A stretch of DNA of 64,000 bases, taken from Dehalococcoidia bacterium (GTDB lineage Bacteria; Chloroflexota; Dehalococcoidia; Lucifugimonadales; UBA3495). Location: assembly GCA_965203195.1 (NCBI GenBank), contig OZ241860.1, forward strand, positions 24,433 to 88,432, read 5' to 3'. Below the pieces are notes generated by a model that was not told where the DNA came from, made no database searches, and worked only from the letters and a program-made list of their open reading frames with translations. A program made the position numbers and the translations under genes. Of this stretch, positions 62,921-64,000 are shown piece after piece. Positions within the stretch are counted from its first letter, which is position 1; each line of letters opens with the position of its first letter.

Positions 62921-63646
62921 CTATGCCGCTTTCGTTGCTCCCCAACAGGTTCTACGGCAGCAGCGGTTGACGCGCTCCCGTGTCAACTCAACCCACCGCT
63001 CATCCGCATCACAAAGCATTGCCCGCCGCCCCAACTGCCAACACGCTTCCCCGGTCGTCCCCGACCCGCACATCGGATCCAGTACCAGGTCATCCTCCCG
63101 GGTAGTCATCAATATCAGCGGCTTGATTACCGACAGCGGCTTTTGCGCCGGATGTCCCGTCTGCTCATCCCGCCCCACAAAGCCCACATTCAAAGGTACC
63201 TCCAGTACCGACGGCGGCCCCGGCACAAACCGCATCTTGCCCGACTCCCATCGCTGCCGTTGCGCATCGTTCCAAAAATGCTCCGGGTAGGTCTTTGCCC
63301 CTGCCGCCGACAGGTGCAAACAGGCATTCTGCGCCGACCGCCAGCCCCGGATCACCGACGGGCAGTTCTTGTAGTACCAGGTCAGCCACGCCGTCAGCTT
63401 GAACCCGGCGGGAATCCGCCCCACCTGGTGCGCCACAATCTCCGGGAACCCCCACACAAAAATGTGCTGCGACACCCGCGCCGCCGCGCCGATGACCTCT
63501 GCCAGCCAGTCCTGATAATCATCCCGGTAGCCCCCCACGCCCTTGTTATACCACGGGTCCAAGATGGTAGTAGTCACGCCGGCCGGAGCGGACGATATGG
63601 TAGCCATCACATCCGCCGCCGGCCGCGTTTCAACCGCAGACATCAT
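62921..63646 (-). CDS. Orphan beta-class N4/N6 DNA methyltransferase
   Basis: DPWY (motif IV variant), HPAQKP and DPMCGSGTT (motif I). Confidence 0.82.
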   Translation of the reverse strand: MMSAVETRPAADVMATISSAPAGVTTTILDPWYNKGVGGYRDDYQDWLAEVIGAAARVSQHIFVWGFPEIVAHQVGRIPAGFKLTAWLTWYYKNCPSVIRGWRSAQNACLHLSAAGAKTYPEHFWNDAQRQRWESGKMRFVPGPPSVLEVPLNVGFVGRDEQTGHPAQKPLSVIKPLILMTTREDDLVLDPMCGSGTTGEACWQLGRRAMLCDADERWVELTRERVNRCCRRTCWGATKAA

Positions 63647-63677
63647 CCCCTCCTGTCCTGTCCTGACGCCGGGCGCG

Positions 63678-64000
63678 TCACAGCAGCAGGCTTACCGGGT
63701 TCTCCAGCGTCCGCTTGATTTCCATCAGAAACTGCGCCGCCTCCGCGCCGTCCGCCACCCGGTGGTCGGTGGACAGCGTCGCCTTCATCATCTGCCCGAT
63801 ACCCAGCTGCCCGTCCCGCGCCACCGGCTGCTCCTTGACGCTGCCCACCGCCAGAATGGCCGCGTGGGGCGGGTAGATGATGGCCGTAAAGCTCTCCACA
63901 TCAAACATCCCCATATTGCTGATGCTGAAAGTGGTTTCGCTGTACTCCTCGTTCCGCAGCGCGCCGCTGTTGGCCCGGCTGATGAGATCCTTCGTGGCCG
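63678..64000 (-). CDS. Dihydrolipoamide acyltransferase (2-oxoacid dehydrogenase E2), 3' part
   Basis: TFSISNMG, AII.PP.AAILAVG and DHRVADG; runs off the window edge. Confidence 0.92.
   Translation of the reverse strand, partial: ATKDLISRANSGALRNEEYSETTFSISNMGMFDVESFTAIIYPPHAAILAVGSVKEQPVARDGQLGIGQMMKATLSTDHRVADGAEAAQFLMEIKRTLENPVSLLL

Overview
A high-GC bacterial chromosome segment. Three TPP enzymes, three CitE-like lyases, an F420-type LLM oxidoreductase, a family III CoA-transferase, PrpD, a long ThyX, a PAC2 protein and tRNA-Arg(GCG) suggest Chloroflexota (Dehalococcoidia/SAR202-like); this is inferred from gene content only. The window holds about 55 protein genes and five tRNAs (Val-CAC, Leu-CAG, Arg-GCG, Val-TAC, Glu-CTC). 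I saw no rRNA, CRISPR array, transposase or integrase. Defence and conflict genes are scattered singly among metabolic genes: an orphan TIR, an HsdR_N-like nuclease, a UDG-fold gene behind a tRNA, two tandem type IIG-like R-M genes, an MTase-HNH fusion, an orphan MTase, three TA-like modules and a CHAT-STAND-TPR protein. The strongest unexplained signals are: (1) a dense GTACAC-motif array beside a 74-aa HTH gene at 19.0-20.1 kb; (2) a promoter, a ~100-nt folded RNA with an anti-SD, and a 44-aa peptide at 5.3-5.6 kb; (3) recurrent two-gene small membrane-protein modules that share a Cys-containing motif; (4) tandem R-M paralogs with a 97%-identical tail and AT-richer specificity patches. All family assignments come from motif recognition by eye; no searches were run.
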